Positions 37,790 through 51,134 of a stretch of 64,000 bases of DNA are shown here, piece after piece. The translations under genes and the position numbers were made by a program. Source of the stretch: Chiloscyllium plagiosum (Eukaryota). The stretch is taken from the NCBI RefSeq assembly GCF_004010195.1, contig NC_057719.1:7907280-7971279 (forward strand), written 5' to 3'. Below the pieces are notes generated by a model. It did no database searches, had not been told where the DNA came from, and worked only from the letters and a program-made list of their open reading frames with translations. Numbering within the stretch: the stretch's first letter is position 1; every line of letters starts with the position of its first letter.

Positions 37790-38297
37790 TATAGTGTGTC
37801 CTCAGGCCATCCCAAATCACTTCAAAACCCATTAAACAGTTTTGAATGTTGGAACAAAGTAAATTATTCAACTGAATCTGTTCTACCAAAGTGTAGATGT
37901 TGTCCCACTCAGCCACTCAGTAACTTCTTGATTGACAGTCGGCTGCACTATAAAGAGTTATGAAACATGGTCATTGTTATACACAATACAACATACAATT
38001 TGCAAACAGTAAGGCTCAAACCAGCAATGAGAGAAATGACCAGATGAATTGTTTTATTGACATCCATTGAGGGTTTAAATTGGTTAACACCTTGCATGCT
38101 TTTCTACACATTTTGCCATGGGGTCTTTTAGTTTCACCTGAGAGTGAAGACAGAGTTTCAATTTAACATCTTCTTTGAAAAAGGCCACTTTCAATTGTAC
38201 AGCCCTCAACCTTTATGTTCTGCTTGTTTCAGAGTGAGATGTCAAGCCATGAATTTTTCCTTGACTCAAAAAATGTACTATAGAGTGAAGGCTGATA
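37790..38297 (-). mobile_element. Ancient DeuSINE (SacSINE1/AmnSINE1-related) remnant in the intron between the two exons
   Basis: tgccatggggtcttttagtttcacctgagagtgaagacagagtttcaatttaacatc (about 38115-38170) resembles the recalled Deu-domain core. The flanking motif cagcaatgagagaaatgaccagat fits the same family. Confidence 0.6.
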
Positions 38298-38344
38298 CTT
38301 AAAATTGTAATTGCTAGCTAATGTCCAATCTCTGTTCAGAACAA

Positions 38345-38720
38345 GAGGATTATCAGTTCAGCCATGGTCTCATTGAATAGCAGATCAGACCGGATGGGCT
38401 GAGGGCCTACTTCTACTTTTATGTCATATGCTCTTGGGGGTTACAGTCTAAGGATATGGTGTAGGCCATTTAAGACTGAGATGAGGAGCAGTTTCTTTGC
38501 CCAGAGATTGATGGGCATATGGAATTTTCTGCCACAGAAAATGGTTCAGTTCAAAACATTCATGAAGGAGTTAGATATAGTTTTTCGGGCTAAAAGGATC
38601 AAAGGGTATAGATAGAAAGTAGAAACAGGGGACTGAGTTGGTTAATCAGCCATGATCATATTGAACAGCAGAGCAGGCTCAAAGAAGTGAAAAGTCTACA
38701 CCTGCTATTTTCTTTGATTC
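38345..38720 (+). mobile_element. CR1-group LINE 3' end fragments
   Basis: ORF 38421-38615 has FKTEMRSSFFAQR...WNFLPQK, followed by a cagccatgatcatattgaa 3' UTR. Confidence 0.8.
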
Positions 38721-39777
38721 TCTGATAATGATTTAGGTAGTTAAAATTGCAATATGTTGCAATATAATTTGCCTAGAATGCAGGGTGGATTGAAAGAAAC
38801 CCAGTTGTAAACTGCTTCTGTTCAGTTTTGTATTTGGAGTTAATTCTTCTTTTACTGAAATATATTTGCCCTCGCACCATGCACCCTAGCTGGCTGACTG
38901 TGGGCTTTCATATCCTAGTCCATGTTACTCTGAGACTGAATGGAGGTGTGTACAGCTAACAGCTTGACTTAGCAATACTCAAGGGTTGCCATAGTGGTGC
39001 CTTTGAGAAGTTGACACGAGTATATGTAAAACAAAAACTATGGTCCTGCAAATAATTTAGATGAAAGAGATTTATGATGTTGACAAAATGTTCTCTTAGA
39101 GTTATTAAAGGTGTTTTCTTCTCAGCTGCAAAACACTTATGGTTTCCCTGTGGGAGAAAATAGAGGTGAGCTCTATATTTTTGGTTGTTGACTTTTCATT
39201 GACATGGACACAAACTGAAATGGTAGCATATTGTGGCTCAAACAATGTTAAACTTTAAAGAGTAACTTGTTTTCTATGTTATAATAATAAAATTACATCT
39301 GCTGCTTTGGGATTTATTGGTTGAGGTCATCATTAATGGTAACAAAGCAATGATTGAAAGCTCTAATTTCTCTTTCCTATGTGTACACATTGGACTCTTT
39401 GAACTGTATAAATTACAGGACGAATACTATTTCCTAGATTCTCTTAAACGATAGTGATGAGTTGATGCGGATATTTACTTGTAAAGCAACAAAGACTTGC
39501 ATTCATGTAGTAGCTTTCATGACCACATAATGTCCAAAAGTGTTTTACAGCAAATAGATTGCTTCTGATGTATAGACACTTTTATAATGTTGAAAACACA
39601 ACTCCAGTTTTGAAATGTGGAGGACTGTGTTCTTTACCTATTCTCTTTTTAAAACTGCTATGTTTTGTAAAAAGCACAGTATTGTATGCAAATCTTTAAT
39701 GACAAGCCTCCTAACCGTAAACTGTAGGTGCAGTCAGTATTTTTTGATTACTCTGGCTGATTTGTTACGGTCCTTAG

Positions 39778-39942
39778 GTTGAGCTGGCAGACGACAAGAG
39801 TTTTGCGAAAGCGCAACGACGCCAGGTGGAAAAGGTCAAAACAGAATGTAACAAACTGACAGAAGAGCTAATTCAGGGTGAGGCAGAAAATTCAAAACTC
39901 AGAAGGAAGTACCATTTGCTGAAGCAAGAACTGGAAGAAAAG
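39778..39942 (+). CDS. CEP128: Next CEP128 coding exon (55 codons, phase 0/0): VELADDKSFAKAQRRQVEKVKTECNKLTEELIQGEAENSKLRRKYHLLKQELEEK
   Basis: Acceptor tccttag|GTT and donor AAG|gtaaga give 165 bp in frame with the previous exon. The translation resembles the recalled CEP128 segment ...EKLKSQCDRLTEELTQNENENKKLKLKYQCLKDQLEER. It is too short to appear in the ORF track. Confidence 0.9.
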
Positions 39943-40079
39943 GTAAGAGGTTCCCTGGGTGGGTAAAATGTGCCTGGAATGTTTTCAGAACTTGCTTCAT
40001 GTGAAATAACTTTGGATGGCAAGGCCATCATCATTACCCATCTCTAATTGTTTTTCATAAGCTGGTACTGAGCTGTCTT

Positions 40080-41830
40080 ATAGATTTATAGAGTCATACA
40101 GCATGGAAACAAATCGTTCAACTAGTCCACATCAACCACTTTCCCAAACTGAACTTGTCCCACCTGCCTGTGTTTGGCCTAAATCCCTCCAAATCTTTCC
40201 TATTCCTGAACTTATCCAAATGTCTTTAAATGTTGTCACTGTTCCTGCATCCGCCAGTTCCTCTGGCAGTTCATTCCACACATGAACCAGTCTCTGTTAA
40301 AAAAAAGTTGCCCCATTGTCCTTTTTAAATCTTTCTCCTCTCACCTTAAAAATAGGCTCCCAAGTTTGGACTCCTCCACCTTAAGGACAACTCCTTTGCT
40401 ATTCACCTTATCTTTGCACCTCATGATTTTATGAACCTCAATAAGGTCACTCCTCAACCTCCTATGCTCCAATGAAAAAAATCCCAAGCCTATCTTTATA
40501 ACTCAAACCCTGCAATTCAATCCTAGTAAATCTTTTCTGGATCCTCTCCAGTTTTGTAATATCCTTTCTACAGCAGGGTGACCAGAACTGCACACAGTAC
40601 TCCAGAAGAGGCCTCACCAACGTGCTGTACAACCTTAAATGATGTTCCAACTCCTATACTCAACAGTCTGAGCAATGAAGGCAAACATTCTGAATGCTTT
40701 TTAATGACGACCGACTTGACACCGACATTTTTTACAAACCCACTGACTCCCACAGCTACCTGGATTACACCTCTTCCCACCTTACCTCCTGCAAAAATGC
40801 CATCCCGTATTCCCAATTCCTCCGCCTCCGCCGTATCTGCTCCCANNNNNNNNNNNNNNNNNNNNNNNNNNNNNNNNNNNNNNNNNNNNNNNNNNNNNNN
40901 NNNNNNNNNNNNNNNNNNNNNNNNNNNNNNNNNNNNNNNNNNNNNNNNNNNNNNNNNNNNNNNNNNNNNNNNNNNNNNNNNNNNNNNNNNNNNNNNNNNN
41001 NNNNNNNNNNNNNNNNNNNNNNNNNNNNNNNNNNNNNNNNNNNNNNNNNNNNNNNNNNNNNNNNNNNNNNNNNNNNNNNNNNNNNNNNNNNNNNNNNNNN
41101 NNNNNNNNNNNNNNNNNNNNNNNNNNNNNNNNNNNNNNNNNNNNNNNNNNNNNNNNNNNNNNNNNNNNNNNNNNNNNNNNNNNNNNNNNNNNNNNNNNNN
41201 NNNNNNNNNNNNNNNNNNNNNNNNNNNNNNNNNNNNNNNNNNNNNNNNNNNNNNNNNNNNNNNNNNNNNNNNNNNNNNNNNNNNNNNNNNNNNNNNNNNN
41301 NNNNNNNNNNNNNNNNNNNNNNNNNNNNNNNNNNNNNNNNNNNNNNNNNNNNNNNNNNNNNNNNNNNNNNNNNNNNNNNNNNNNNNNNNNNNNNNNNNNN
41401 NNNNNNNNNNNNNNNNNNNNNNNNNNNNNNNNNNNNNNNNNNNNNNNNNNNNNNNNNNNNNNNNNNNNNNNNNNNNNNNNNNNNNNNNNNNNNNNNNNNN
41501 NNNNNNNNNNNNNNNNNNNNNNNNNNNNNNNNNNNNNNNNNNNNNNNNNNNNNNNNNNNNNNNNNNNNNNNNNNNNNNNNNNNNNNNNNNNNNNNNNNNN
41601 NNNNCACTTATCTCTCCACCCTTCAGGCTCTCTGCCTTTATTCCTGATGAAGGGCTTTTGCCTGAAACGTCGATTTTACTGCTCCTCGGATGCTGCCTGA
41701 ACTGCTGTGCCCTTCCAGCACCACTAATCCAGAATCTGGTTTCCAGCATCTGCAGTCATTGTTTTTACCTGCTTTTTTAACCACCCTGTCTGTCCGTGAT
41801 GCAAATTTCAAAGAATTTATACCTTCTTGA
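40080..41830 (-). mobile_element. CR1-group LINE 3' region interrupted by a PLE
   Basis: ORF 40462-40650(-) has [15 protein letters not shown]. The host sequence resumes at about 41770. Confidence 0.85.
40705..41769 (+). mobile_element. Penelope-like element spanning an assembly gap
   Basis: Left of the gap lies DTDIFYKPTDSHSYLDYTSSH...AIPYSQFLRLRRICS, the PLE RT C-terminal region. Right of the gap lies a pLTR with CTGATGA (41644-41650)...GAAACGTC and a tail. Flanks tgctttttaa and tgcttttttaa resemble a TSD. Confidence 0.85.
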
Positions 41831-44800
41831 ACTGTTGTAGGCCATCTGCTGTATGCTCAACCATACTTTTGTTAGGGACTGATTTCTAGAATGTTGACCG
41901 TGCAATATTGAAGGAATAACGGTATAGATCCAAATCAGGATAGTATATGGTTTGGAGGGGCACTTGCATCTGCTGCCCTGTCTTTCCAAGTGGTAGAGGC
42001 CATGGCCTTGGAAGTGCTGTCAAAGGAGACTTGGTGTGTTATTGAAATGCAGCTTGTCGATGATGCACATTGTGCATCAGTGGCAAAAGGAGTTAAAATT
42101 GAAGGTGTTTGTGTGCCAGTCAACAGGCTGCTTTGTCCTGGGGATAATGTTGGACTTCTTGAGTTAGTACTGCACTTATCCAGGCAATGGAAACTATTCC
42201 ATCACAATCCTGACTTGTGACTTGTAATGATAGACAGGTTTTGAGGAGTCAGGGGGTGAGTTCCTCACTGCAGAAGTCGTAGCCGCTGACTTGTATTTGT
42301 AAGTCACAATATTTTATGTGGAGAAACTCGTTCAATTTCTGTTAATTAGTTATTGCTGGTGCAGATTCAGCAAATCATTCTGTTTTGTTATATTTAGATC
42401 TCTTTGCTACTCTACTATTGATCCACTATTATCATTGAGTACCTCCTTTAAACCCCACACTCCTGCAACCTTGCTGTAAATTAGCAAGTGCTTTACTTTG
42501 GTGGTTGTTGTATAGCCCCACAATTATCACTTGCACTTCAGCCTGAAATAAACTACATCAGATAGTGCAATAAATATTATTGACCTGATTTCTGTTGGTC
42601 ATGCAAGCTTTAGAAAAACAATAACCATTCACTTTTTGTCTCTCACATACCAAAGGGATCTTAAGTTTATTCAGCTGGAACACTTCAACATTATCAAGGA
42701 TATTTACCAATTTGAAAATGTCGAGGTGCTAAAAACAATATTATATTGAATTATCTCTGATGTGAAAATTACATCTGGAATTTTGTTACTTTGCAGACTT
42801 TTTTTTAGAGTATTTGAACATTGTGACAAGCTGTTCCTTTTTGTATCAAAAAAATTGCAATTCAAAACTGAATATTAAATATGGTGAAATTTTCCTCCCT
42901 TGGTGGCTAGAAGAATACTATTTTTATAATGTGTAGCCTTCATTAAATTATGAGGAGTAGTAAGAGGCACAATAGACTAAGTGATTTTTTTGGAACTGTC
43001 GCGACTTGTTTTATTAAAATGTGCTAGTTATCTGTGGCATTTGATGTAAAGTCTCTTGTTGCTTGCTTCGAATGACACCTTTATAATGACTTCCTAAGCA
43101 ATTACGTTATGATTCCAGTCCTACTTATGTGCAAAGAAAGAACTTTCTTTTCATTTGCATTATGTCCGGATGTCATTATCAGATATTGCAATATTGAAGG
43201 TAAGTTTACTGTTGCAATTATTTTCAATAACTTGTATAATCTAGGTCATTATTGTTGGGATAAATTTATTTTCATTCCTTTGCCTGTGTTTGTTTACTGC
43301 TAGGTCTATGCAATAGGATCTTAATTTGGATTGAAAATAAAAGATGATAGTAGGGCTGGACGCAACCTTTCTCCCAGTCCGTAGTTTGCAATTTAGTGAT
43401 GGAATGTTTGCACTTGACAGGGGAAGAAAACCCTCCGACTGTTGTAATTAGCACTCCTGATTTGTAGCAGAATCATTGCAGGGATCAAGCTGCCATGTTG
43501 CCTCTGGTCATTTATCACTTAAGTGAACCCTATGGACTCTTGTACCACAAAATTAAGTTAAGCTTATCTGCTGAGCTCTCATATTCGCTATAATAAATGA
43601 ATTCTGGACCAATTGCAGTTTTGTTCAATTCCATGCTGAGATACTGACATTTCAAGCCAGCAGCCAGTATTCTGTCCTTTTTTTATAGTTCTTGGTTACA
43701 GTTTTGCTGCGTGTTGACAATCTAACTGTTCATGTAGCTCAACATGTTAAAATTGTAATGTTGTTATATTACTATTACTTATTCAAAATGCCAAATGCTT
43801 CAATAATTGGCTAGTTGTGAGTGGTTCACTTAATCAGAGATTAACAGGGATCTGACAGTGATTACAAAGTGATGATTTCATTGGGCGGGATCAGATCATA
43901 TACATACTGCCATCAAACAGTTGTTTGACACAGATTTTTAAATTACAGACTCAGAATTACTGGCATGCTCATTATTTTCATCATGTATTTGCTTTGGCAG
44001 TGATGCTTTTTTTCATCTATTGTCTTTTATTGCCAATGCTACCAATAGAGGACATTGGGCGGGTGGTTGATACATAATATAGTCCATGCTAGCAAATTAA
44101 TGATTATGATATAATCACTGAAGCTTACCAAGAGTCCTAAAATTGATTACTGAGAAATAGCACAATGGGCACACTCCCAGGTGCCATTTCTTCCTTTTTG
44201 AGATAAAATTGGGAAATGGTGAGCGATTTATACATTTATAAATCATCCTCAAAAGATATTTCGTTCTTTAAGTGGGAGGAGCTTGCCAAAAAGTGACTGA
44301 CTATGCTATTTAAATGATTCCAAATGATTTCTGTTCGGGTGTCTTGACTTATTGATTGACATAAACTCAATTGCTATTTTATCATATTATACATCTATAC
44401 AGTAAGTGGAATACCATTATATTTCAACACTGGATTCAGGAATTGACACGATGCTAAACTACGTTTTTCTCTCTCTATTTACATTTACATCAGGTATTGG
44501 ACACAAGCGAAGTTAGGGAATTACAATATCTAATCACAATCGATCACTGACAGTGACTTTCTCTTCCCACTTCCTCACTTGACATCTGATGTCTCCAGGG
44601 ATCCATTATGGGTCTCCTTCTGTGTCTTAGCTGCATGCTTCCTATCAGTGGCATTACCTCAAAATAGTATATTTTTTGCAGTGGTTCCTGAATATCAATC
44701 TCTTAATGGACTTCCTTCCTTCCCGCCTCAAGCTATAGAAATGTAAGTAAATTTCTTGCCATTAAGAATATTAATAGTTGAGATAGACAACAGCCGAAAT

Positions 44801-44929
44801 CATCTGATGCTATGTTTACTTTAATTGCCTTCCTCCTCATGACCTTGCCATTTTTGAATAGTATTCAGTTAGTGTGCGGCATGCCTCTTGGTCTTCTGCA
44901 GCTCCAAACTTTGACATTGGGCAATATCA

Positions 44930-46112
44930 TATCGAAGCAGGAAATTATAGACCAGTTAGTCTGACCTCAGTGGTGGGAAAGATGCTGGAGTCTATTATAA
45001 AGGATGAAATTATGACACATCTGGATAGTAGTAACAGGATAGGTCAGAGTCAGCATGGATTTATGAAGGGGAAATCATGCTTGACTAATCTTCTGGAATT
45101 TTTTGAGGATGTAACTCTGAAGATGGACGAGGGAGGTCCAGTAGATGTAGTGTACCTGGACTTTCAGAAAACTTTTGATAAAGTCCCACATAGGAGGTTA
45201 GTGAGCAAAATTAGGGCGCATGGTATTGGGGGCAAAGTACAAACTTGGATTGAAAGTTGGTTGGCTGACAGGAAACAAAAGAGTAGTGATAAACGACTCC
45301 ATTTCGGAATGGNNNNNNNNNNNNNNNNNNNNNNNNNNNNNNNNNNNNNNNNNNNNNNNNNNNNNNNNNNNNNNNNNNNNNNNNNNNNNNNNNNNNNNNN
45401 NNNNNNNNNNNNNNNNNNNNNNNNNNNNNNNNNNNNNNNNNNNNNNNNNNNNNNNNNNNNNNNNNNNNNNNNNNNNNNNNNNNNNNNNNNNNNNNNNNNN
45501 NNNNNNNNNNNNNNNNNNNNNNNNNNNNNNNNNNNNNNNNNNNNNNNNNNNNNNNNNNNNNNNNNNNNNNNNNNNNNNNNNNNNNNNNNNNNNNNNNNNN
45601 NNNNNNNNNNNNNNNNNNNNNNNNNNNNNNNNNNNNNNNNNNNNNNNNNNNNNNNNNNNNNNNNNNNNNNNNNNNNNNNNNNNNNNNNNNNNNNNNNNNN
45701 NNNNNNNNNNNNNNNNNNNNNNNNNNNNNNNNNNNNNNNNNNNNNNNNNNNNNNNNGGATTGGACATTCTGGAGGCAGGAAACATGTTTCCGCTGATGGG
45801 TGAGTACCGAACCTGAGGACACAGCTTAAAAATACGGGGTAGATCATTTAGGACAGAGATGAGGAGAAACTTGTTCACCCAGAGAGTGGTGGCTGTGTGG
45901 AATGCTCTGCCCCAGAGGGCAGTGGAGGCCCAGTCTCTGGATTCATTTAAGAAAGAGTTGGATAGAGCTCTCAAGGATAGTGGAATCAAGGGTTATGGAG
46001 ATAAGACAGGAACAGGATACTGATTAAGGATGATCAGCCATGATCATATTGAATGGTGGTGCAGGCTTGAAGGGCAGGATGGCCTACTCCTGCACTATTG
46101 TCTATTGCCTAT
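44930..46112 (+). mobile_element. CR1-group LINE (RT to 3' end) spanning an assembly gap
   Basis: GNYRPVSLTSVVGKMLE...QHGF...YLDFQKTFDKVPH lies before the gap. The 3' end and a ctattgtctattgcctattg tail lie after it. Confidence 0.9.
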
Positions 46113-46229
46113 TGAATATAACACAGTGCTTCATTTTTTCCCCATTGTGACACATTTGAAGCTTCGGAATTGTCACAGTCCCTAATTGCAAACTGTGAGG
46201 AGAAGGCTACCTGTGACAGTGAGAAATTC

Positions 46230-47050
46230 CTCCTCACTTGCCTTAATGATTCCAGGTCCAATCTAATCAACCTCTCCTCATAAGATAGTCCCTTCAAAAC
46301 TGGTAACAGATTAGTGAACCTTCTGTGGACTACCAATGCCAGTATATCTTCCCTTTGATAAGCGCCCCAGAACTGTTTGTAGTACTACAGCTGTGGTCTG
46401 ACCAGTGCCTTGTATAGTTTTAGCAAAACCTCCCTACTTTTTTTCTCCATTCCCTTTGAAATGAAGGCAAATATTCAATTTCCTTCCCTATTACTTGCAG
46501 AACTTGAATGTTAGTTTTTTTTGTGATTCATGGAAAAAGACTCCCATTTCCCTTTGTTCTGTAGCCTTTCTTCATTTAAGTAATATTCAGCTCCTCTATT
46601 CTTCTGCCACATTATGTTTAAACTGCCAAGTTTTAACCCCCTGTAAATTTTAATAAAACCATTCATGGAATATGGGCATTTATTGCCCATCCTTAGATGC
46701 CCTTGAGAAGACAGTGATAAACGTCCTTCTTGACCTCTACAGTCCATTTGGTATCAGTGGACTCACAAGGCTGTAGGGGAGGAAGGACCAGGGTTTTGAC
46801 CCAGGGATACTGAAGAAACGGTTGTATGTTTCCATGCTGGATGTGAGAGTGTTGGAAGGGAACTTGCAGGTGTTGGTGTTCCAATGTATCTACTGCCCTT
46901 ATCTTTCTAGATGGTTAGTAGGTGGTCGTGGGTTTGAAAGGTACTGTCTAAAGAACCCTGATAAATTTCTGCAGGACAATTTGTTGATGCTACACACTGT
47001 TGCCACTGAGCATTGATGTTGGAAAAAGTGAACGTTCATGGATGTGGTGC
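46230..47050 (-). mobile_element. CR1 fragment (about 46230-46610) and L2-like 3' fragment (about 46650-47050)
   Basis: ORF 46109-46336(-) has RRFTNLLPVLKGLSYEERL. The second piece is similar to 48890-49230. Confidence 0.7.
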
Positions 47051-48029
47051 CAATCAAGCACCAATCAGGTTCTGCGGAACTGAAAAAGGGTTAGAGTTAA
47101 AAGTCACGCTGGACTTGAAATGCTAACTATGTTTCTCTCTCCACAGATCTGCTGATTTTTTTTGTCAGTGCCTTCTGTTCTGTATCAATATAACTTGGAA
47201 TGTTTTTGTGTTTCATATGGTAAACCTGTGTTCTGTTGGTGAAAAAAAACTCTGCAGCCTGGTATGGCTATGTTTCAGTGAAAATCAATTGCATTGAGAT
47301 ATATGATGTATCAGGCTAGATTTTATTCTGGGATCTGACTTGACCACTAGCACCATCTGTCTGGCCTATAACAACATGTAGCCCACTGTAAAATGGACAG
47401 GGAAATTGAAAGCAAACTTTTCATAATTACTATTGAATTTATATCAGAATGTTGAAAGTTTTTTAGAAGCATCACATTGCACTGATTTCAGGCATCATCA
47501 AAATATCATTGGGAAGAAATTTGTGGAGATGACAGCAATCTTGGCTGCTGGCTTAAGATCCCCATGCTGCTTACTTTTAGGAAGGCTTGCCACATCGTAT
47601 TCCACAGGCCAGCAGCGAACTCCTCAGGGACAGTGGGAATGCGAGTCCTGTTTAAGAGGTGCTGGCTAAGCTGAGGCTGGCAGCTCCACTATTCTCAGCA
47701 GCTCCAGTAAACAGGGAGTGGAAGCTGCTGGTAACAAACCATTCGAGATGTAATTCAGTCACACGTCAGTGACTGATGATGGGGTAGGTTGACTTTCACT
47801 TACTTCCCACTTCTTGATACCAAGTGCCTTGATCAAACCCTTTCAACATGGATCCTTCTGGGAGTATGCAAGCCTTGCCAGGGTTTTCTTGTTTACCATG
47901 TAATGGGCTTCTACTCACTGTTGGTTGATAGAATAATGGTGGAGCTTGTACTTATTCACTGGTGGGATGTGCCTGCAGCTGACTGCAGCAGCATTTATGC
48001 CCATTCTTTGTTGCCCCTGATAAGGGGGT

Positions 48030-48873
48030 TGAAAATGTGTTGCTGGAAAAGCGCAGCAGGTCAGGCAGCATCCAGGGAACAGGAGAATCGACGTTTCGGG
48101 CATAAGCCCTTCTTCAGGAATGAGGAAAGTTTGTTCAGCAGGCTAAGATAAAAGGTAGGGAGGAGGGACTTGGGGGAGGGGCGTTGGAAATGTGATAGGT
48201 GGAAAGAGGTCAAGGTGAGGGTGATAGGTCAGACTGGGGTGGGGGCGGAGAGGTCAGGAAGAAGAGTGCAGGTTAGGAAGGCGGTGCTGAATTCGATGGA
48301 TTTGACTGAGACAAGGTGGGGGGAGGGGAAATGAGGAAACTGGTGAAACCCGCGTTCCTGCCTTGTGGTTGGAGGGTTCCTAGGCGGAAGATGAGGCGCT
48401 CTTCCTCCAACCATCATTTTGTTGTGGTCTGGCGATGGAGGAGCCCAAAGACCTGCACATCCTTGGTGGAGTGGGAGGGGGAGTTGAAATGTTGAGCCAC
48501 AGGGTGGTTGGGTTGGTTCGTCCGGGTGTCCCAGAGGTGTTCAGTCCCTTCCTCCAGATCTTTGACACAGATATTGATCGTTGATGATCCCATAGTGATT
48601 TCTGAGGCACTCCACCAGTTACAGCTTTGTAATATGACAATAAGCATTNNNNNNNNNNNNNNNNNNNNNNNNNNNNNNNNNNNNNNNNNNNNNNNNNNNN
48701 NNNNNNNNNNNNNNNNNNNNNNNNNNNNNNNNNNNNNNNNNNNNNNNNNNNNNNNNNNNNNNNNNNNAGGGCGGAGGAGCGGGAGGTGGAAGAGATGCGG
48801 TGGAGGGCATCGTCGACCACGTTGGGGGGGAAATTGCGGTCCTTGAAGAAGGAGGCAATCTGGGTTGAAGCCT
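48030..48873 (-). mobile_element. Penelope-like element (family A), minus strand, containing a gap and a foreign fragment
   Basis: A perfect 14-bp TSD cctgataagggggt lies at 48016-48029 and 48874-48887. The translation includes EHLWDTRTNQPNHPVAQHFNSPSH. A hammerhead motif on - at about 48085-48121 reads attcCTGAAGAaGGGCttatGCCCGAAACGTC. Confidence 0.85.
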
Positions 48874-48887
48874 CCTGATAAGGGGGT

Positions 48888-49695
48888 GGTGAGCTGCCTT
48901 CTTGTAAAGCTGCAGTTCACATACTATAGGTTGCCCCACAATGCCTTAGGGAGGGAATTCTAGGATTTTGATCAACAGTGAACAAATGCTAATATATTTC
49001 CAAGTCAGGATGGTCAGTGACTTGGAGGTGAAACTTGCAGGTGGTGGTGTTCCACTATATCTGCTGGCCTTGTCTTTCTAGATGGAAGAGGGCGTGAGTG
49101 TGGAAGGTATTTTCTCAGGGTTTTTGGTGAATTTCTGCAGTGCATCTTTTAGATAGCTGCTACTGAGTGTTGGTGGTGGAGGGGAATGGATGCTTGTGGA
49201 TGTAGTGCAATCAAGCGGGCTGCTTTGTTCTGGATGGTGTCAAGTTTCTTGAGTGTTGCTGGAGCTGCACCCATCCAGGCAAGTGGGGAGTATACCATCA
49301 CACTCCTGATTTGTGCCTTGTAGATGTACAGTCTTTGGGGAGTCAGGAGGTGAGTTACTTGTTGCAGTATTCCTAGCCTATAATCTGCTCTTGCAGCAAC
49401 TGTGTTTATGCGGCGGGTCCAGTTGAGTTTCTGGTTAATGGTAGCCTCCAGGATGTTAATAATGGGGGATTCAGTGATGTTAAATGCCAAGGGATGGTGG
49501 TTAGATCATCTCTTATTGGAGATGGTCATTGCCTGACATTTGTGTGGCGGAAATGTTACTTGCCACTTGTGAGCCTAAGCCAGGCTATTGTCCTGATCTT
49601 GTTGCATTTGAACATGGACTGTTACAGTATCTGAGGAGTTGTGAATGGTGCTGAACATTGTGGAATTATGAGCAAACTTTCACACTTCTGACCTC
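48888..49695 (-). mobile_element. L2/Crack-like (CR1-group) LINE, 3' part
   Basis: ORF 49149-49490(-) reads INQKLNWTRRINTVAARA...YKAQIRSVMVYSPLAW...LDTIQNKAARLI. Related fragments lie at about 16480-16850, 21580-21990, 25150-25480, 41830-42330 and 52030-53050. Confidence 0.8.
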
Positions 49696-51013
49696 ATAGA
49701 GTCATAGAGATGTACAGCACGGAAACAAACCCTTCAGTCCAACTTGTCTATGCCGACCAGATATTTCATATATATTTAGTCCCATTTTCCAGCATTTGGC
49801 CCCTATCCCTCTAAACTCTTATATATACCTATCCAGATGCCTTTTAAATGTTGTAATTGTTCCAGCCTCCACACTCTGCCTGGCAGCTCACTCCATACAC
49901 ACATCACCCTATGTGTGAAAGGATTGCCCCTAAAGTCCCTTTTAAATCTTTCCCCTCTGACCCTAAACCTATGCCCTCTTGTTTTGGACTCACCCACCCT
50001 GGGGAAACGACCTTGTCTATTCACCCCTTGTACCCCTCATGATTTTATAAACCTCTATAAGGTCACCCTCAGCCTCTGATGCTCCAGCGAAAACAGCCCG
50101 AACCTGTCCCTATAGCTCAAACCCACCAACCCTGGTAACATCCTTGAAAATCTTATCTGCACCCTTTCAAATTTCACAACATCCTCCATATAGGAGGGAG
50201 ACCAGAATTGCTCGCAGTATTCCAAAATTGGCTTAATCAATGTCCTGTACAGCTGCATCATAATCTCCCAACTCCTATAATAAATTCACTCACTAATAAA
50301 GGCAAGCATACCAAACGCCTTCTTCACTATAATATCTGCCTGCGACTACACTTTCATGGGAATTATGAACCTGCCCTCCAAGGTCTCTTTGTTCAGCAAC
50401 ATTCCCCAGGATCTTACCATTAAGTGTATAAGTCCTGCCCTGATTTGCCTTTCCAAAATGCAGCACCTCACATTTACCTAAATTAAACTCCATCTGCCAC
50501 TCCTCAGCCCACTGGCCCATCTGATAAAGATCCGTTGAACTCTGAGGTAACTTGCTTCGCTGTACGCTATATTTTCAATTTTGGTGTCATCTGCAAACTT
50601 AGTAACCATACCTCCTATGTTCAACATCCAAACCATTTATGTAAGTGACAAAAAGCAGTGGACCCAGCACAAATCCTTGTGGCACACCACTGGTCACAGG
50701 CCTCCACCACCATCCTCTGTCTTCTACCTTCAAGCCAGTTCTGTATCCAACTTGCTATTTCTCCTTGTATTCCATGTGATCTAACCTCACTAATCAGTCC
50801 ACCATGCAGAACCTTGTTGGACTCCTAGCTGAAGTCCATATAGATCACATCCATCGCTCTCCCCTCATCGACCCTCTTCGTTACTTCTTCAAAAAACTCA
50901 ATCAAATTAGTGAGACATGATTTCCCATGCACAGTGCCATGTTGACTATCTCTAATTAGTCCTTGCCTTTCCAAATACATGTAAATCATGTCCCTCAGGA
51001 TTCCCTCCAACAA
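49695..51013 (-). mobile_element. CR1-group (HER1-like) LINE, RT to 3' end
   Basis: ORFs 50825-51013, 50293-50520, 50055-50261 and 49803-50024 (-) encode CR1 segments, and the tail tcatagagtcatagag is present. Confidence 0.92.
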
Positions 51014-51134
51014 CTGGATTAGGGTATGGACAGGGTCTCAATGGTAGAATGATTAAAATTTGAGATGCTTAAGAGATATGTGCAGATATCTCAGCAGTTT
51101 TTGGGGTTGGTGATTAAAGATAGGGAGGGACAAG

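Noticed and set aside
40568..41780. Long ORFs across N-runs (also 44874-45989 and 48380-48939)
   Set aside because: These are artefacts of translating assembly gaps.
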